This document shows, in pieces, positions 60,293 through 64,000 of a DNA stretch of 64,000 nucleotides; within the stretch, counting starts at the first letter, position 1; each line of letters begins with the position of its first letter. The position numbers and the translations under genes are program-made. The notes under the pieces were generated by a model. The model saw only the letters and a program-made list of their open reading frames with translations, had not been told where the DNA came from and made no database searches. The DNA comes from Lingula anatina (Eukaryota; Animalia; Brachiopoda), in the NCBI GenBank assembly GCA_051362555.1, contig CM120648.1:14628587-14692586 (forward strand). The letters are read 5' to 3'.

Positions 60293-61499
60293 TAAGTGTG
60301 GGACAGGATGAAGAAAAGCCTGTTATCTAGGGATGGACATGGGAGCTTTTGGGTGGTTTCTAAGTTAACCAAAGTAACCCGCTTCAAAACAAAATTCAGT
60401 TTAAAATTCTAGTATCAGCCCACTTAAATGAAAATACATTCATATGGCACATTAATTGACATCAAATACAGTATAAATGGTCAGATTTATGACCGCCTTT
60501 AAATTATTTATCTTGTGAAAGCACATGACACCCGTTGGTCATGTGAACAACAGTCACGATGAACACTCGACCCAGCAGATAAAACTTCCCCTTATTTCAA
60601 AAACAGCTTTCACATCAAATCGATCTGATTGTATTCACAAAGTGTATTACAGAAATCCAGCATGTCGTAGGTGCCTATTGACGTAGTCCGTGATATACTA
60701 AGGCATACACCTAACTAAAACATCTTACTCAGTTTCTCATAATCCGGAGTATGTAGTATAAACCACAGACCTGCTGGTCTAGTGTACTTTCTCCTCTTTT
60801 TAAGTCATAGCCAACTAACGTAAGTTACGTGTGTTATTTGGTGGGGAGATGAAGCCATCTAAATGTCACCCAGTCTTTGCACCACGGGGGTAAGCTTTGA
60901 ATACTGCTATCTCGGCACTATAAATAATGTTTACACTTCCAAAGGTAGTACCATTTAAATGCCATACTGCTTTGAACATTAAATTATTTCACCAGCTGTG
61001 TTCTTCGTCGGTGATTTTCTTTTAACACACTGGATTTATTATTCATTTTATAATTAGGCATGTCTACGGGTAAATATCCCCCTATACAAGGTCACCCAAG
61101 GTGTTCTAGTAAATCTCGTTCAGTGATTAAGATACGGAGCAGACATGAGACTGTTAGACAAAATATCAGAGGGGAAACTTATAATTAAAAAAAGAAATAA
61201 CTATATAATTTGTTCAAGTATTCTAAATTCTGTGTGAAACGAGCTGATCTACCATGTATACGTGTGCTGCGCACTTCTAAATGTATAGATACATGGAACG
61301 TGAGAGGTGATCTTGTCTGGTGCTAAGCGCGGCGAAAAAAAGGGGAGAAAATTTTGTATGATATGGCTTGTGGTTCTAATCCATATATATAGTCATAATT
61401 AGTCATCTTTCTGGGTTGTTTAGCTTTGTGACAAGGATTGGCATTGTTTGTTTTTATTGTTAATAAAAGTTTCAATATGTTTAAAAACTAAAAATTTGT

Positions 61500-62130
61500 T
61501 AACGTAAATTTGTTAAAAACGTAAATATATAAGCAGAATACAAATAGCGTATGGGTAGCGTATTTGAACCGTATAACTTGTGTAAGAATGTGTATGAGTA
61601 CGACCACAAGCGACATTGTAAATGAAGCGTATATCAACGTATGAGTATGTATATATGTTGGTGTACAAGTACCGCAAATGAGCATATATGCATGAGTACC
61701 GCACGTACGCATATGAGTAACATATAGTTTCGCATGAATAGCGTAGCGGTTGTTCTGTTTTGTTGTTCTGTTTTGTTGACTACCAACTGGATCAGATCCA
61801 ACAGGTGTTAGAAACAGCTACTTCCATCCTCTCTATCTGGAGCAGCTGTGTGGAAATGGAGCTGTTAATCTATACCACAGATGACAAAACGCAGTGGATA
61901 CTTTTTCCATTCCTCAGATAAACGCTAAATGCGTTTAGCCTCAGCTTATAGACGCATAGGAAACGCCAGACATACGTTTACATCGTTAGAGATACGTTTA
62001 AATTACGTTACCTATACGCTAGGCATACGTTAGCGTTACCGACTTAAACCAGTTTTTGCCCGTGTACTCGAAACCTATATGACGTTATTCTCACAAAACA
62101 AGTAAAACGAAATAGAGCGTAGCGTTTTAC
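61500..62130. repeat. Dispersed CGTA/TACG-rich repeat, copy 3
   Basis: Core at 61783-61910 aligns by eye to 36966-37110. Confidence 0.65.
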
Positions 62131-63672
62131 CGATAAAAATAAGGGTGAAATCAGCTTGGGTTACGATAATCCTTCTTCTTTATGAGGGGGAGGGGTTATT
62201 TTACGCTTAAGGGCTTGATCTAAAGTCTCACGCAGACTTACTTAATCATAGTAAATGTCACGTCCCTCTGATGTGGAAGAGGATCTCCCTGGGTTCCATG
62301 TTAACACCCCAGATAAGCACTTCATTAACATCAGCAGTGTCCTCCTCTATCACTGCAGTCATCAGTCATCATAGGGACACCTGGGCACGGGACGAGAAAA
62401 GTAAGTTTTCCTGTACACGCGGTATTTGTCTGAGATTCCCTCATGTCTTCACCATTCAAAATAAATGCCTTTTCAACGTGATTCTTGGGTTTCTCTTTTA
62501 GAGATTTCTCTTACATGTATATAGCTGGGCGTCATATAAAACCACCCTTAAGATGTTTCAAGGGACAAGCCGAGTAAAGAAATGAAGAAAAAATTAAATT
62601 TTAAAGTTTTCAAAATAGTTTATAAAAGTGCTGAAGTTGTCGATGAAAGGTTTGTTCTTTTATTATAAATTGAATATGACTATATAAGAGAAGTTTTACT
62701 TATAAGTATGGAATATTCATTACCGGCAAGAATTTCTTTATGAAGCATGTGATATACTTGTTTTGGTATGTGTCACAATATGTTTGACTAGTAAAGCAAA
62801 CTGTGTGTGAGTTTGTGTGCGTCCATCAGGTGTTGCTCGTGTGTGCACGTGTGTGAGTGTGGGTATATACGCGTGTGCTCGCACGCCTGTGTACGATGTG
62901 GTATGTATGATGATGGTGATATACAGACATTCTGACAGCTTTGTAATAAAGCAAATCAGCAGGTTAGGTGACTTTTGAAATTTGGAGGAGCTACAGTTCT
63001 GCTCACTGATAACAATGGCAGGGATGGAGGGAGGGAGCGAACGGACGAGGAATAAACAAATAAAGACACAAACAGTACTATGTTTATGAGAAAACATGAG
63101 CTCGATCTTTTTGGACTTATGCTTTGTCTGAGTTAAAATCCAATAAATTATCTGCTGTTATCATAAATGTGAATGACGTGATCAATACTAACTGGATTAG
63201 GCTGCAGAGCATTAACGAGGTTTTCCCAATGTTTTTTACCTCGGGGGGCTTTGGGGCAGCAGATTCGCATTCCAATCTTTATAAAAAATACGTTCTTTTT
63301 ACTCACCGTCTTAAGGAGATGATCATACAAAATGATTGTCGTTTTTAGTCTTTTGTCTGTATTTAAAGCCGACAAAAAGTTAAACGAAGCGATATAAGAG
63401 TTTTAAAAGGCCATCTGTCATGTCAACAATTTCTATATGATCCTGATAGCCACGTTTTAACTAGTTTTATTTCACTGACATTTAGATCATAAGATTTCCG
63501 TTCGTTATTGCTTCATTCCTGGTGCGAGTTATCAATTCACCTTGAGTTGCAGTATGAAGAGGCTTGGGCACACACACGTGATCAACTAATAGTACGTGTG
63601 CATGCTACAGCACCTGAAAAATCTAGGTGTCCATACTGATCACCCCACCCACATATACAAACGATATATATC

Positions 63673-63673
<1 letters not shown>

Positions 63674-63750
<77 letters not shown>
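63674..63750. repeat. (CA)n(GA)n microsatellite
   Basis: Direct. Confidence 0.95.
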
Positions 63751-63753
<3 letters not shown>

Positions 63754-64000
63754 CCAATTTTCGAGTAAGATATATATAACAAGCATTTTCAAAAGGAAAA
63801 CGCACAAATCGAGTTAGCCTGAATAAGGAAAATAATTGGATTACTGACCGGGCAGCTTGTCCACATGGGAAAGTAGCCTATGGGAAATTGATGAATTGAT
63901 ATATTTAGGAAAGATAAAGGTTATAATTAGATGTCTTATTAGCAGATAGTTTATGGCGGTTTTCTCAGTTAATATGTGGAGTTACTAGGAAGACGTACAT

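Overview
Eukaryotic (intron-rich, AT-rich) genomic DNA from an invertebrate animal; the repeat content suggests a marine lophotrochozoan such as a mollusc (inference). About 1-20 kb (+ strand) holds the 3' part of a Mi-2/CHD3-4-5 chromatin remodeller. I rebuilt 15 consecutive in-phase exons (helicase-C, DUF1087, DUF1086, an acidic/Lys-rich linker, CHDCT2), one U12-type minor intron, and a complex 3' end of phase-1 cassette exons and alternative last exons. The distal last exon ends in a SIM-like DVIMLDDD* preceded by a CtBP-box-like AEDLSSK. Its introns carry hairpin minisatellites, a 35-bp satellite interrupted by a solo LTR, and a candidate H/ACA (sca)RNA. At 42.1-42.6 kb is the first coding exon of a class C GPCR that looks like the non-glutamate mXR/mangetout branch (Arg->Ala at the distal-carboxylate site). 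No second exon was recognised before the window ends. The rest is transposon-rich: a dead DD34E Tc1, a non-autonomous Ginger-like element with a nested MITE, a TA-flanked foldback element, Harbinger- and hAT-like MITEs, and minisatellites. There is no CRISPR array, rRNA or tRNA. I see no clearly novel multi-gene system; the best leads are the Mi-2 C-terminal switch, the mXR-like receptor and the intronic scaRNA candidate. All exon calls come from reading splice signals by eye, with no expression data.
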